A stretch of 64,000 nucleotides of DNA from Patescibacteria group bacterium (lineage in GTDB: Bacteria; Patescibacteriota; JAHJAL01): contig JBMORM010000009.1 in NCBI GenBank assembly GCA_049322675.1, positions 158,132 through 222,131 on the forward strand. Direction: 5' to 3'. The position numbers were made by a program, and so were the translations under genes. Position 1 is the stretch's first letter. Each line of letters opens with the position of its first letter. The notes under the pieces were generated by a model. That model saw nothing but the letters and a program-made list of their open reading frames with translations, had not been told where the DNA came from and made no database searches. Positions 8,967 to 19,323 of this stretch are shown here, piece by piece.

Positions 8967-9681
8967 TTTTACTTGTTACGATGGGATAGTTGCGAATTTT
9001 TGGGCGAAAAAATAGCCAGCGTGGGGGAAATTAATAATTAACAATGAATAATTAATAAAAATTATTTTTGTTAGGTATTAACTTCTCTTGGCTGGCTTAA
9101 AAATTTTTATTTTTATTATAAAAGAGGGGGAGAAAAAAGTTTCTAGCTAGAAGCTAGAGACCTTTTTATTTTTTTTGTCCGGAATTTTTTAGAGACACAT
9201 GGTGCCCCAAGGCTCATATCGCCTGTAGGCACTTCTTTCTCCTCAAAAATCCAGACTTTACCTGAACGGATAAACCATCCAGGTTTTTTATACTTTTTTT
9301 CTCTTTTTTTTGTCATTTTTAAAAAACTCTCCCTCTTTTTTGTTTTTTTCTGTGGTGTCAATAAAATTGGCACCACCTCCTTTCATTTTTTGCCCTCCGA
9401 AAGGGCTTTTGACCCGCTTGAGGCGGGCGTCCGGAGTAGATCCGGACTTTTTTTATTTTTAGAAAAAAGAGAAACGGAAAAATCCCCCGAAGAAAGATTT
9501 GAGTTTTTCTTGGGTGAAGAAAAGGGATTCTTCCGCTCTCTAATTTTTTCTTTTTAAAAAACAAAAAAATAAAAAGCTTCAGAGTGCTGAAGCCTTAAAT
9601 TTTATGCTTTGATTCTAACTGAAAAATAGCCAATGGTCAATATTTTCTTTGAAAATCCCAGTAGTAATAATGTTTGGGAGA

Positions 9682-10113
9682 CTAATCGTCCGATTGGACT
9701 TCATCTATGTCATCATCATCAATATCTGACTGAGAAAGTTGAGTAAAGAAATCATTCATTTTTTTGAATTTTTCCTCAATGTCCCGCCGGAAATCAGTGT
9801 CCAGATCAAAATAATTGGAGATATAATATTCTTTAATTTTTTTTGACAAAGATAGGCAAGCATTATATTTTTTGGCCTGATATAAATGATTGAACTCCAT
9901 CAAGGCGGCGCCGATGATAAAATTGCTGTATATTTCCCTGTCATCTTTTTTGCTTGAGTTTGGGCGATAAGTAGTCAAAAACTCTGTTGTACTAATATTG
10001 ACACTGGCGCACATTTTGTCGAGATATTTTTTTTTGGCCAGATTGGATAATTTGGGCAGATTGTTAATCTCAAATTTATTATTGTCTTTTTTGGAAAAAA
10101 ATTTTTCAAGCAT
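9682..10113 (-). CDS. Hypothetical protein
   Basis: 143-aa ORF just downstream of uvrA. Confidence 0.65.
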   Translation of the reverse strand: MLEKFFSKKDNNKFEINNLPKLSNLAKKKYLDKMCASVNISTTEFLTTYRPNSSKKDDREIYSNFIIGAALMEFNHLYQAKKYNACLSLSKKIKEYYISNYFDLDTDFRRDIEEKFKKMNDFFTQLSQSDIDDDDIDEVQSDD

Positions 10114-10126
10114 GAAGATGATGATA

Positions 10127-12967
10127 CTATTTATTATTGAATATTTTTGCTAAATAGTGACCGGTGTATGATTTTTTGACCTCGGCAACTTCTTCGGGTG
10201 TGCCGCTGGCGATTATTTCTCCGCCATCGTCCCCTCCTTCTGGCCCGAGATCAATAATATAATCTGCGGTTTTAATAACGTCCAGATTGTGTTCGATCAC
10301 CAAAACGGTATTTCCCTTGCGGATAAGGCGGCCAAGAACTTTCAAAAGATTATCCACGTCAGCGTAATGCAAGCCAATGGTCGGTTCGTCCAGGATATAG
10401 AGAGTTTTATTGGTTGATCGTCGAGCCAATTCGGTGGCCAATTTGATACGTTGGGCTTCACCGCCGGACAAAGTGTTGGCCGGTTGTCCCAATTCGAGAT
10501 AGCCCAGTCCAACATCCACTAATATTTTTAACTTTGTTTCCAAAGAAGGGATGTTTTTGAAGAAGATGACCGCTTCTTCGGTAGTCATTTTCAAAATATC
10601 GGCGATAGTTTTGCCTTTGTAAAATATTTCCAGGGCTTCCTGATTGTAACGTTGGCCGTGACATTCGGGACAAGTAACATAGACATCGGGCAAAAAGTGC
10701 ATCTCGATTTTGATTGAGCCATCGCCCTTGCAATGTTCGCAGCGTCCGCCTTTGACGTTGAAAGAAAATCGGCCTTGTTTGTAACCGCGCATTTTGGCTT
10801 CGGGAACTGCAGCGAAAAGATCGCGAATGATCGTGAATGCGCCAGTGTAGGTAGCTGGGTTGGAGCGGGGAGTGCGACCAATAGGTGATTGATCGATTGT
10901 AATAACTTTATCAATATTTTCTACGCCGTTGATTTCGAGAAATTTTCCCGGTTTTTGTTTGGAGTGATAAAAATGTTGGGTCAAATAACGGGAAAGAATT
11001 TTGTGAATCAAGGTTGATTTCCCGGAGCCGGAAACGCCGGTGACACAGACAAATTGGCCGAGTGGAATTTTTATATCCACATTTTTTAGATTGTGTTCAC
11101 TGGCACCTTTTATTTCGATAAATTGACCGGTGGGTTTTCGCCGGCCAGAAGGGATAGCAATGCTTTTTTTGCCGGAGAGATATTGTCCGGTCAATGATTT
11201 TGGATCATTTTTGATTTCCGATGGTTTGCCTTGAGCAATGATCTTTCCGCCGTGCTTGCCGGCGCCGGGACCAATATCGATCAGATGATCGGCCTCAAGC
11301 ATGGTTTCTTCGTCATGCTCGACAACGATAATGCTGTTGCCAAGATCACGTAATTTTTTTAGAGTAACAATCAATTTTCCGTTATCTCTCTGGTGAAGAC
11401 CGATTGATGGTTCGTCCAAAATATACATAACACCGGTGAGGGTGGAGCCAATCTGAGTAGCTAGGCGAATGCGCTGAGCTTCTCCACCGGAAAGAGTATT
11501 GGCAGATCGATGGAGAGTTAGATAACTGAGACCGACATCGTACATAAATCCCAGTCTTTCATTGATTTCCTTGAGTATTTGTCGGGCAATTTGAGTTTTT
11601 TCTTGGTCAAACTTGAGTTGTTTGAAAAATAAAATCAGGGATTTGACGTTCATCTGAGTTAGATCAATTATGTTTTTGTCTTCAATAGTCACCGCCAATG
11701 ATTCTGGACGCAAACGGCGGCCTTCGCAGACCGGACAGGGTTTGATGGTCATATATTTTTCCAAATCTTGGCGAATGTAGTCACTGGTGGTTTCACGGTG
11801 CATGCGCATCAACGAGGGAATGACACCTTCAAAAGTGGTTTCAAATTCACGAACTTTGCCGTATGGACTGAAGTTTTTAACCAAATAGGTTTTTTCATCC
11901 GTGCCATGCAAAATTATTTTTATGGCTTTGGGGGACAGATCTTTGACAGGTGTATTTAAGTTGAATCCATTTTTTTTGGCGACCGTTTCCAAAATGCGGA
12001 TATGCCAATTTTGACGGTTGGAGGTTTTGCTCCAGGGGCCAATGCCACCTTCGGCGATAGTGAGATTGTTGTTGGGAAACAATAACCCTTCATCAACTTC
12101 CAGACGGGTACCAAGACCAGTACAACCTGGGCATGCTCCCTGTGGATTATTGAAAGAAAAAATACGAGGTTCTATTTCAGGTAAATTGATCCCACAGGTC
12201 GGACAAGCAAATCGTTCGGAAAAAGTTTTTACGGTTTCTTTATCGACTTGCAGAATATTAACAAGGCCATTGCCATAGTTTAGTGCTGTTTCGAGCGATT
12301 CTACCAGACGGGAACGGAAATCATTATCTTTTTGTTCGATCTCCAAACGGTCAATAACTATTTCGATAGTATGCTTTTTTTGTTTGTCAATAAGGATTGG
12401 TTCGTCAACGGTCATGATTTCGCCATCAACACGGACGCGCATAAAGCCGGCTTTTTTGATTTCAGCCACAGTATTTTTATGTTCGCCCTTTTGGGCAATA
12501 ATCAATGGGGCCAAAATCATAATTTTTGTTTTGTTGGGAATTTGTAATATTTGATCGGCGATCTGACCGATAGTTTGAGAAGAAATCGGTTGATGACATT
12601 TGGGACAGTGAGGAGTGCCGACTCGGGCGAATAATAATCGGAGATAGTCATATATTTCCGTGATCGTACCAACGGTGGAACGAGGATTGGAAGAAGCGGA
12701 TTTTTGGTCGATGGAAATGGCAGGAGATAATCCTTCAATTTTATCCACATCCGGTTTTTCCATGATGCCCAAAAATTGACGGGCGTAGGCGGATAGAGAC
12801 TCGACGTATCGACGTTGACCTTCGGCATAAATAGTGTCAAATGCCAAAGAAGACTTACCCGATCCGGATAAGCCTGTGATTACTACTAATTTGTTTTTGG
12901 GAATTGTAACATCAACGTCTTTTAGATTGTGCTCGCGAGCACCTTTGATAATTATTTCATTAATCAT
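10127..12967 (-). CDS. uvrA: Excinuclease ABC subunit A
   Basis: GAREHNLK, two Walker A motifs ([16 protein letters not shown]), two LSGGEAQR motifs, Zn fingers. Confidence 0.99.
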   Translation of the reverse strand: MINEIIIKGAREHNLKDVDVTIPKNKLVVITGLSGSGKSSLAFDTIYAEGQRRYVESLSAYARQFLGIMEKPDVDKIEGLSPAISIDQKSASSNPRSTVGTITEIYDYLRLLFARVGTPHCPKCHQPISSQTIGQIADQILQIPNKTKIMILAPLIIAQKGEHKNTVAEIKKAGFMRVRVDGEIMTVDEPILIDKQKKHTIEIVIDRLEIEQKDNDFRSRLVESLETALNYGNGLVNILQVDKETVKTFSERFACPTCGINLPEIEPRIFSFNNPQGACPGCTGLGTRLEVDEGLLFPNNNLTIAEGGIGPWSKTSNRQNWHIRILETVAKKNGFNLNTPVKDLSPKAIKIILHGTDEKTYLVKNFSPYGKVREFETTFEGVIPSLMRMHRETTSDYIRQDLEKYMTIKPCPVCEGRRLRPESLAVTIEDKNIIDLTQMNVKSLILFFKQLKFDQEKTQIARQILKEINERLGFMYDVGLSYLTLHRSANTLSGGEAQRIRLATQIGSTLTGVMYILDEPSIGLHQRDNGKLIVTLKKLRDLGNSIIVVEHDEETMLEADHLIDIGPGAGKHGGKIIAQGKPSEIKNDPKSLTGQYLSGKKSIAIPSGRRKPTGQFIEIKGASEHNLKNVDIKIPLGQFVCVTGVSGSGKSTLIHKILSRYLTQHFYHSKQKPGKFLEINGVENIDKVITIDQSPIGRTPRSNPATYTGAFTIIRDLFAAVPEAKMRGYKQGRFSFNVKGGRCEHCKGDGSIKIEMHFLPDVYVTCPECHGQRYNQEALEIFYKGKTIADILKMTTEEAVIFFKNIPSLETKLKILVDVGLGYLELGQPANTLSGGEAQRIKLATELARRSTNKTLYILDEPTIGLHYADVDNLLKVLGRLIRKGNTVLVIEHNLDVIKTADYIIDLGPEGGDDGGEIIASGTPEEVAEVKKSYTGHYLAKIFNNK

Positions 12968-13055
12968 GAGAATTCCCCGGTTAAATTTTTAGAATTTTCT
13001 AGAGGTTAACACAAAAATATCAAAATATCAATTATAATAGTATGGGACTGGGGAA

Positions 13056-13111
13056 AATTTCCAATTTCCAAGTCACAATTTCCAAAAAATTTTCAATGAC
13101 CAATTTTCAAT
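13056..13111. repeat. Heptamer (AATTTCC-type) repeat, half element
   Basis: aatttccaatttccaagtcacaatttccaaaaaattttcaatgaccaattttcaatg; matches the left arms at 14878 and 19022. Confidence 0.8.
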
Positions 13112-13793
13112 GAAAAAGAGAAGAAAAAAGTATCAGAGGAAGAAACCGAGTTGGTTTGGTATTTTGTCTTTAACCATATTGGCTTGGGTTTTGATACCAA
13201 TAATAGTGGTCAACCTAATTTTGACTATCGGGGCGATTTTTGCTTTGCCGTGGTGGACAATGACGTTGGGTTGGATTGTTGTGGGATTTATCGGGTATAG
13301 TTTGATTCATATTTTTATTTATCAACCGACTTTTTTGTATGTTTTGCCGCACGAGTTGAGCCATGCTCTTTTTGCCTGGATTTTTGGGGAAAAAGTCAAA
13401 AAAATAAAAGTAAGAGATACGGGCGGTTACGTCGAGATGAGTCATTCAAATTTCATTATCGATTTGGCTCCGTATTTTTTTCCATTTTATGCTTTTTGGT
13501 TGGCTGTGATTAATTTTTTTCTCAAATATTTTTGGCACTACCAGCAATACGAGTACTTATTTTTGTTTGGCATTGGCAGCGCTTTAGCCTTCCATTATTT
13601 AAATAGTCGAGATATCTTGCATTATAAACAAACGGATATGATGTGGACCGGACGATGGTTTGGGATTGTATTTTCAATTATTGCAAATATATTTTTTGCC
13701 AATATTATTTTGTTGTTGATATTTTTTGATGAAAAAAATCTTATTTTCGATTATTATGAAAAGGCGTATTCTTTTGTTTTGAATTTATTGTAA
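13110..13793 (+). CDS. Membrane protein, M50B-like peptidase
   Basis: HELSH motif in a hydrophobic context; GGYV; LAPYFFP. Confidence 0.75.
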   Translation: MKKRRKKYQRKKPSWFGILSLTILAWVLIPIIVVNLILTIGAIFALPWWTMTLGWIVVGFIGYSLIHIFIYQPTFLYVLPHELSHALFAWIFGEKVKKIKVRDTGGYVEMSHSNFIIDLAPYFFPFYAFWLAVINFFLKYFWHYQQYEYLFLFGIGSALAFHYLNSRDILHYKQTDMMWTGRWFGIVFSIIANIFFANIILLLIFFDEKNLIFDYYEKAYSFVLNLL

Positions 13794-13802
13794 AAAAATT
13801 CT

Positions 13803-14378
13803 ATGAAAACTTTGGAAACAAAATTAAATGACAACCAAGTCGAAAGATGTGTTATTTCATTTCCTGAATCCTATCTAAAATCCATGAAAGATGAACTTAT
13901 CTCGATTTTGAAAAATGGCGATTGGAAAAATGCCTATCGAGTTGCCGCTGAGCTTAAACGACACAATATTGATATAAAAGGAGAAGAAATCGGCAAATTG
14001 GCAACCGAATACATTTTTCAATCCAAGGAACATCTTGGTCACAATGATTGGATTAAAATGTTTGACCTTGATGATCGGTTAAATAAAATCATAAAAGATT
14101 ATCGAACCAAACACGAAGTGATAAAAAATGATTTAATGACTTTGGACAAAAGTAATTTTGAAAAATTTATCCAAAATAATATTGATTTTCCAAATCGAAT
14201 GAAGATAGCCGTGGAGTTGACTTTTGAAGGAATATCGTTGAGAGAAAAGGCTTTGACGGAGTCGGCTTTGTCGAAGGCGGAGGATATTTTATCTCGAGCC
14301 GGATTGGTGGCCAAAATGGCCAATATGGATTTTGAAAAATTGGTTTTTGAGACAGAAAAAATGATAATAAATAAATAG
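13803..14378 (+). CDS. Hypothetical protein
   Basis: 191-aa ORF. Confidence 0.7.
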   Translation: MKTLETKLNDNQVERCVISFPESYLKSMKDELISILKNGDWKNAYRVAAELKRHNIDIKGEEIGKLATEYIFQSKEHLGHNDWIKMFDLDDRLNKIIKDYRTKHEVIKNDLMTLDKSNFEKFIQNNIDFPNRMKIAVELTFEGISLREKALTESALSKAEDILSRAGLVAKMANMDFEKLVFETEKMIINK

Positions 14379-14385
14379 GACAACT

Positions 14386-14646
14386 ATGAGATTAGGACAC
14401 AAAGAAGATTGGCTTTTTGACAGGAAAAAAACAGGAGAGAAACAAAAAAACAACATCGAGGTTTTTTTAAGAAGCAAACATCTATTGTTTGAGGATAAAA
14501 AGGAACAAAGTGCTGACCCTTTGACCATGAGGGCGGAGGATTTTGTGAGTAGATATCAAGAAAAATATAAACAAAACTTGGATGAAGACGATGAAGACAT
14601 TGTAGCCGTTTTGAGAAAAAGTGAGGAATTTGAATTTGATGACTGA
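14386..14646 (+). CDS. Hypothetical acidic protein
   Basis: 86-aa ORF, RBS agga. Confidence 0.55.
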   Translation: MRLGHKEDWLFDRKKTGEKQKNNIEVFLRSKHLLFEDKKEQSADPLTMRAEDFVSRYQEKYKQNLDEDDEDIVAVLRKSEEFEFDD

Positions 14647-14664
14647 ACGGGTGTATAGTTAGTT

Positions 14665-14877
14665 TGTCAGGAGAGTAGTTTGCCGCTTTCAAACAAACAG
14701 GGAGAAAAAGTCGCGACTGAGAACTTTTTTTTGTTTTAGGCAAACGAATACCATCTGACCCGTAACAAGATGAATACGGCACAATTTGCTAATAAAGAGC
14801 CCTTCCAAAAAGGGAAGTTGAGTGGAACCGCGAGTTTTTAAACTCGTCTCAATAGTGGATATTGTGGCGAGTTTTTT
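14665..14877 (+). promoter_or_regulatory. T-box riboswitch (Thr) leader of thrS
   Basis: Stem I elements (AGGAGAGTAG, cagggag, GACTGA); specifier ACC (Thr) at 14750-14752; T-box aagttgagTGGAaccgcg (14815-14832); terminator aaactcgt...gcgagtttttt. Confidence 0.9.
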
Positions 14878-15002
14878 AATTTCCAATTGTCAATTCTCAA
14901 TTTCCAAAAAATTTCCAATGACCAATTCTCAAAAGCATTATTTTCATTGAAAATTGGAAATTGGACATTTTTTGGAAATTGAGAATTGGAAATTGAAAAT
15001 TT
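14878..15002. repeat. Palindromic heptamer-repeat element
   Basis: AATTTCC/AATTCTC arm followed by a complementary GGAAATT/GAGAATT arm. Confidence 0.85.
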
Positions 15003-15024
15003 AGATTATAATTTAGGAGAAAAT

Positions 15025-16827
15025 ATGGACAAAAATATTAGTGAAGAGCAATTGCACGCCATGCGTCACTCTCTCGCCCACATAATGGCTGAGGCGGTAC
15101 AGAGTCTTTTCCCGGAAGCAAAATTTGGGATCGGGCCGGTGATCGAAAATGGTTTTTATTATGATTACGATCTGCCCAGAACTCTGATTCCGGAAGACCT
15201 ACCATTGATCGAAGCCAAAATGCGGGAGATAGTCGCACAAAAGAATCCATTTGAACGGAAAGAAATATCCAAGCAGGAAGCATTGGATTTTTTTGGTAAG
15301 GCCCAAGAGCCGTATAAAATTGAATTGATCAATGAACTCAATGATGGCGAAATAACTATTTATCGAAGCGGTAAATTTGTGGATCTATGCAAAGGACCGC
15401 ATGTGGCCAATACCGGCGAAGTCGGCGTTTTCAAATTGACTCACGTGGCCGGCGCGTATTGGCGAGGGGATGAAAAAAATAAGATGTTACAAAGAATATA
15501 CGGGGTGGCGTTTGCAACTCAGCAAGAATTGGACGAGTATTTGAATATGTTGGAGGAGGCAAAGAAGAGGGATCATAAAAAACTCGGAAAAGAACTGGGG
15601 TTATTTGTTTTTGACGAAATGGTCGGTGGCGGTTTGCCGATGTGGTTGCCAAAAGGAGCAATATTGTGGCGTTCTATCGAAGACTTTTGGTACAAAGAAC
15701 ATTTGAAAAATGGATATGAGTTGGTGCGCACTCCTCATTTGGGCAGTAAAAAATTGTGGGAGCAATCCGGACATTGGAATTTTTTCAACTCAAGCATGTA
15801 TCCACCATTGGAAGTTGGAAAATCGCTGGAAGAACATCAGACCGGACAAGAAGCAAAAGTGAAAGAAGAATACCTGATCAAACCAATGAATTGTCCTTTT
15901 CATGTTCGTATGTATAAATCAGCCATGTATTCATATCGCGATTTGCCAATTAGATGGGCAGAAATTGCGACAGTGTATCGTTATGAAAAATCCGGAGAAT
16001 TGAATGGTTTGCTTCGTGTTAGGAGTATTACTCAAGATGATGCTCATCTGATTGTAACCAAGAAGCAGGCAAAAAAAGAGTTAATGCGAGTGGTTGATTT
16101 TATTTTGCATATGCTGAGAACTTTTGGTTTTAATGAGTTTGCCGTTTATTTATCACTCCGAGACTCACAAAATAAAGAAAAATATGCGGGAAATGACAAG
16201 GGTTGGGAGTTTACCGAAAAAGTATTGGAACAAGTGGCAACTGAAAAAGGTCTTGAAGTAATACGCCAAGAGGGAGAGGCGGCATTTTATGGTCCGAAAC
16301 TGGATTTTAAAGTCAAGGATGCTATTGGTAGAGAATGGCAGTGCTCTACCCTGCAATTTGATTTCAATTTGCCGGAGCGTTTTGATATGACTTTTATCAA
16401 CGAAAAAGGCCAAGAAGAAAAACCATATATGCTACACAGAGCTTTATTTGGTTCATTTGAGAGATTTATCGGGGCCGTCATCGAACACCATGCTGGAGTT
16501 TTTCCTCTCTGGTTGTCCCCTACTCAAGTAACGATTCTGCCGGTATCTAGTGAAAAACATTTAAAATATTGTCAGAAGTTGGCGAAAAAATTGATAGCTA
16601 AAGATTTTAGGGTCACGGTAGATGACAATAATGAGTCGGTTGGCAAAAAGATTAGAAACGCTTTATTGCAAAAAATAAATTATCTATTGATAGTCGGTGA
16701 TAAAGATATTGAAAATAATACCGTCTCCGTGCGGCCACTCAAGGGTGATGATTTGGGGGCGATGGATTTGGCTGATTTTATTAAGATGATCAAGAAAGAG
16801 AGAGACACAAAGAAAATTAACAATTAA
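15025..16827 (+). CDS. thrS: Threonyl-tRNA synthetase (lacks the N-terminal TGS domain)
   Basis: RHSLAH, DLCKGPH, RDHKKLGKEL, KPMNCP, GEAAFYGPKLD; RBS aggaga. Confidence 0.99.
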   Translation: MDKNISEEQLHAMRHSLAHIMAEAVQSLFPEAKFGIGPVIENGFYYDYDLPRTLIPEDLPLIEAKMREIVAQKNPFERKEISKQEALDFFGKAQEPYKIELINELNDGEITIYRSGKFVDLCKGPHVANTGEVGVFKLTHVAGAYWRGDEKNKMLQRIYGVAFATQQELDEYLNMLEEAKKRDHKKLGKELGLFVFDEMVGGGLPMWLPKGAILWRSIEDFWYKEHLKNGYELVRTPHLGSKKLWEQSGHWNFFNSSMYPPLEVGKSLEEHQTGQEAKVKEEYLIKPMNCPFHVRMYKSAMYSYRDLPIRWAEIATVYRYEKSGELNGLLRVRSITQDDAHLIVTKKQAKKELMRVVDFILHMLRTFGFNEFAVYLSLRDSQNKEKYAGNDKGWEFTEKVLEQVATEKGLEVIRQEGEAAFYGPKLDFKVKDAIGREWQCSTLQFDFNLPERFDMTFINEKGQEEKPYMLHRALFGSFERFIGAVIEHHAGVFPLWLSPTQVTILPVSSEKHLKYCQKLAKKLIAKDFRVTVDDNNESVGKKIRNALLQKINYLLIVGDKDIENNTVSVRPLKGDDLGAMDLADFIKMIKKERDTKKINN

Positions 16828-16973
16828 TAGCGAATAATTGATAAAAAATATTTGAAATGTATTTATTTATTTGCTTGGCGAAATATTATTTGTTATATTG
16901 AAATCGTTGAAATTATTGTAATTTAAAAACTTCTCATTCGTTTGGATGGGGAGTTTTTTCTTAAAAAACCAAA

Positions 16974-17273
16974 ATGAATATTGATGATTGCTACGAGAAA
17001 AATCGACTTCACTATGCAACTAGAATATTACCAGAATTGACTCTAGAAGAAGAATTGGCGGCCGAACTAGAATTGAGTGAAGAAACCAAGAAAGCGATTG
17101 AAAAATATTTGGAGACTGGGGAAAAAGCTGATTGCTTGATAAACAATGACAAGGTGAACAATATCACTATTGAACATTTTTTGATTAGTAAAAATCTGAG
17201 TAAACTTAACTTGACTGATTTGAAAACTATATGGGAAAGAATTAATAATTTAAAAAAGAAGGAAAATACATGA
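16974..17273 (+). CDS. Hypothetical protein
   Basis: 99-aa ORF. Confidence 0.6.
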   Translation: MNIDDCYEKNRLHYATRILPELTLEEELAAELELSEETKKAIEKYLETGEKADCLINNDKVNNITIEHFLISKNLSKLNLTDLKTIWERINNLKKKENT

Positions 17274-17635
17274 AAAACCTTAGAGAATTTAGGCAAACAA
17301 TAAATCACGAAGAATTATTTTTAACAGATGAACAAAAGAGAACAAGACAGTTGGGAGAAATTGACAAGATTTTGCGATTAAAAAATTTATTTTTTATTGA
17401 ATGCGATAAAGATACAAAAAAGAAAATCGGGGACTTGCTCGAAGCAAAGATTGTGGAAAATAATAAATTGATCGGCGATCTAAAAAAAGAAGAAGAATGG
17501 AAAATTATTATGGACTATATTGGACACGATAGTTATTCTGATTTGAAAATACTACAAGATTCTATGATGGAAGCAAATCAAATTTTCACAAAAATTCAGA
17601 AAGAACAAACAATTTCAGGATCCAGGAAAAAGTAA
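17270..17635 (+). CDS. Hypothetical protein
   Basis: 121-aa ORF with ATGA overlap. Confidence 0.65.
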   Translation: MKNLREFRQTINHEELFLTDEQKRTRQLGEIDKILRLKNLFFIECDKDTKKKIGDLLEAKIVENNKLIGDLKKEEEWKIIMDYIGHDSYSDLKILQDSMMEANQIFTKIQKEQTISGSRKK

Positions 17636-17655
17636 AATTGTTGTACAATTGGATC

Positions 17656-19023
17656 ATGAAAAAAAATAGTCCAAGCAAATACTATATAATTACATTTGGT
17701 TGTCAAATGAATCATAGCGATTCGCAAAGAATGGCGGCTTTGTTGGCGGCCAATGGTTTGACACAAGCTAAAAATGAAGATGAGGCTGATTTGATTATTA
17801 TTAATAGCTGCAGCGTTAGGCAGATGGCGGAAGATCGTACTTATGGGAAGATAAATAAATTGGCCAAAAAGAAAAATAGGCCACGAATCATAGCGACCGG
17901 ATGTTTGGTGTCGGACAAGATCAAGAATAAATTGCTCAGGCAAAGTAAGTTTGATTTGTGTTTGCCGATTGATCGGATGATTGATTTACCGAAATATTTA
18001 GAAAAATGGGGGCTAATTAAGGTTCTAGGTTCTAGGTTCCAGGTTCTAGGAAAAGAACTGATGAAAGAGGGGAATTATAGACATTATTTGGATATAATTC
18101 CGAAGTTTGAGCAGAATTTTTCGGCTTATTTGCCGATTATGACTGGGTGCAATAATTTTTGCAGTTATTGCGCGGTGCCGTTTACGCGCGGGCGGGAAGT
18201 TTCGCGACCGATGGAAGATATCGTTAACGAGGCAAAAGCTTTGGCAAAAAATGGTTGTGTGGAGTTGATTTTGCTGGGGCAGAATGTGAATTCGTATATG
18301 GGTAGTTTAAAAGTTGAAAGTTTAAAGTTGAAAGTTGGGGAAAATAATAAATTTGTTGAATTACTGAGAAAAATTTCTGATATTAAAAAGTTGAAGAGAA
18401 TATTTTTTATTAGCTCGCATCCGAAGGATATGTCGGATGAGTTGATTGATCTGGTCGCCAGTCGAGATAATTTGTGCAAATATATACATTTGCCGTTGCA
18501 ATCCGGGGATGATGAGATTTTGAAGCGGATGAATCGACATTATACTCAGGAAGATTATTTGCAATTGGCAAAAAATATTAAGGATAGGATTCCGGGGGTG
18601 GTAATTTCTACCGACGTAATCGTTGGTTTTCCGGGGGAGACTGACGAGCAATTTGCCAATAGTTGCAAGGTATTTAAAGAAGTCGGGTTTGATATGGCTT
18701 ATATCTCCGAATATTCGCCGCGGCCGAAGACTGCGGCGGCTAAATTGGATAATGATGTATCCAATAAGGTTAAGTCGCAACGGAAAAAGATTTTGAACGA
18801 TGACTACCTGGCAAAATCCAGTTTGGACAATAAAAAAAGATTGCTAAATAAAACTATTCCAGTTTTGGTGAGCAAAATTAACCGTAAAGGGAAATTGGTT
18901 GCTTATACGCAGGGATTGCAGCAGGTACATCTTGAAGGCAAGAAAGATTTAATTGGAAAAATTGTTGATGCAAAGATTACGGAGATTTTTATTTGGGGAA
19001 TGCGAGGAACGACAAATTTTTAA
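17656..19023 (+). CDS. miaB: tRNA methylthiotransferase MiaB
   Basis: TFGCQMN, NSCSVR, radical-SAM CNNFCSYC, IHLPLQSG, IVGFPGET, TRAM tail; next to miaA. Confidence 0.95.
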   Translation: MKKNSPSKYYIITFGCQMNHSDSQRMAALLAANGLTQAKNEDEADLIIINSCSVRQMAEDRTYGKINKLAKKKNRPRIIATGCLVSDKIKNKLLRQSKFDLCLPIDRMIDLPKYLEKWGLIKVLGSRFQVLGKELMKEGNYRHYLDIIPKFEQNFSAYLPIMTGCNNFCSYCAVPFTRGREVSRPMEDIVNEAKALAKNGCVELILLGQNVNSYMGSLKVESLKLKVGENNKFVELLRKISDIKKLKRIFFISSHPKDMSDELIDLVASRDNLCKYIHLPLQSGDDEILKRMNRHYTQEDYLQLAKNIKDRIPGVVISTDVIVGFPGETDEQFANSCKVFKEVGFDMAYISEYSPRPKTAAAKLDNDVSNKVKSQRKKILNDDYLAKSSLDNKKRLLNKTIPVLVSKINRKGKLVAYTQGLQQVHLEGKKDLIGKIVDAKITEIFIWGMRGTTNF

Positions 19024-19166
19024 TTTTCAATTCTCAATTTCCAATTTCCAAAAAAGGCTCAATGTCCAATTTCCAAACAAATACATTTTTTACTTTAGAA
19101 TTTGATTTGTTTGAAAATTGATCATTGGAAATTTATTGGAAATTGGAAATTGAGAATTGAAAATTT
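19022..19166. repeat. Palindromic heptamer-repeat element
   Basis: aattttcaattctcaatttccaatttcc ... ggaaattggaaattgagaattgaaaatt; same family as 14878-15002. Confidence 0.85.
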
Positions 19167-19175
19167 AAATCATAT

Positions 19176-19322
19176 ATGGACAATAACGAAAAAAATTTAA
19201 AGGCTACAAAACGAGAGAGAAAGCGCAAGAAAAGAATATATGGTATGAAGATTCAGCCGGGGGCGAAGACTTTGGCTTTGATTTTAAAGAAAAAAAGTGA
19301 AAAAGAAGAACGAAAAAAATAA
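19176..19322 (+). CDS. Small basic protein (48 aa, not in the ORF track)
   Basis: MDNNEKNLKATKRERKRKKRIYGMKIQPGAKTLALILKKKSEKEERKK; stop lies 1 nt before the miaA ATG. Confidence 0.5.
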   Translation: MDNNEKNLKATKRERKRKKRIYGMKIQPGAKTLALILKKKSEKEERKK

Positions 19323-19323
19323 G

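Larger units (their letters stand above)
4375..8994 (+). mobile_element. IS1595-family element carrying passenger genes (transporter IS), 4620 bp
   Basis: Left end cgtgactatccctttacagcaagtaa (4375-4400) matches the reverse complement of the right end 8969-8994 (cgcaactatcccatcgtaacaagtaa) at 19/26; flanked by the 8-bp direct repeat aatttttg at 4367-4374 and 8995-9002. Confidence 0.9.

Noticed and set aside
9143-9564. Two small minus-strand ORFs next to the IS
   Set aside because: Low-complexity A/T runs and no recognisable motifs; an SD-like aaggaggtg is present, so small genes cannot be excluded, but they are unsupported
14986-15024. Upstream TTG start for thrS
   Set aside because: It lies within the heptamer element; the ATG at 15025 has an RBS
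13056-19166. CRISPR interpretation of the periodic repeats
   Set aside because: 7-bp tandem units with no unique spacers and no cas genes
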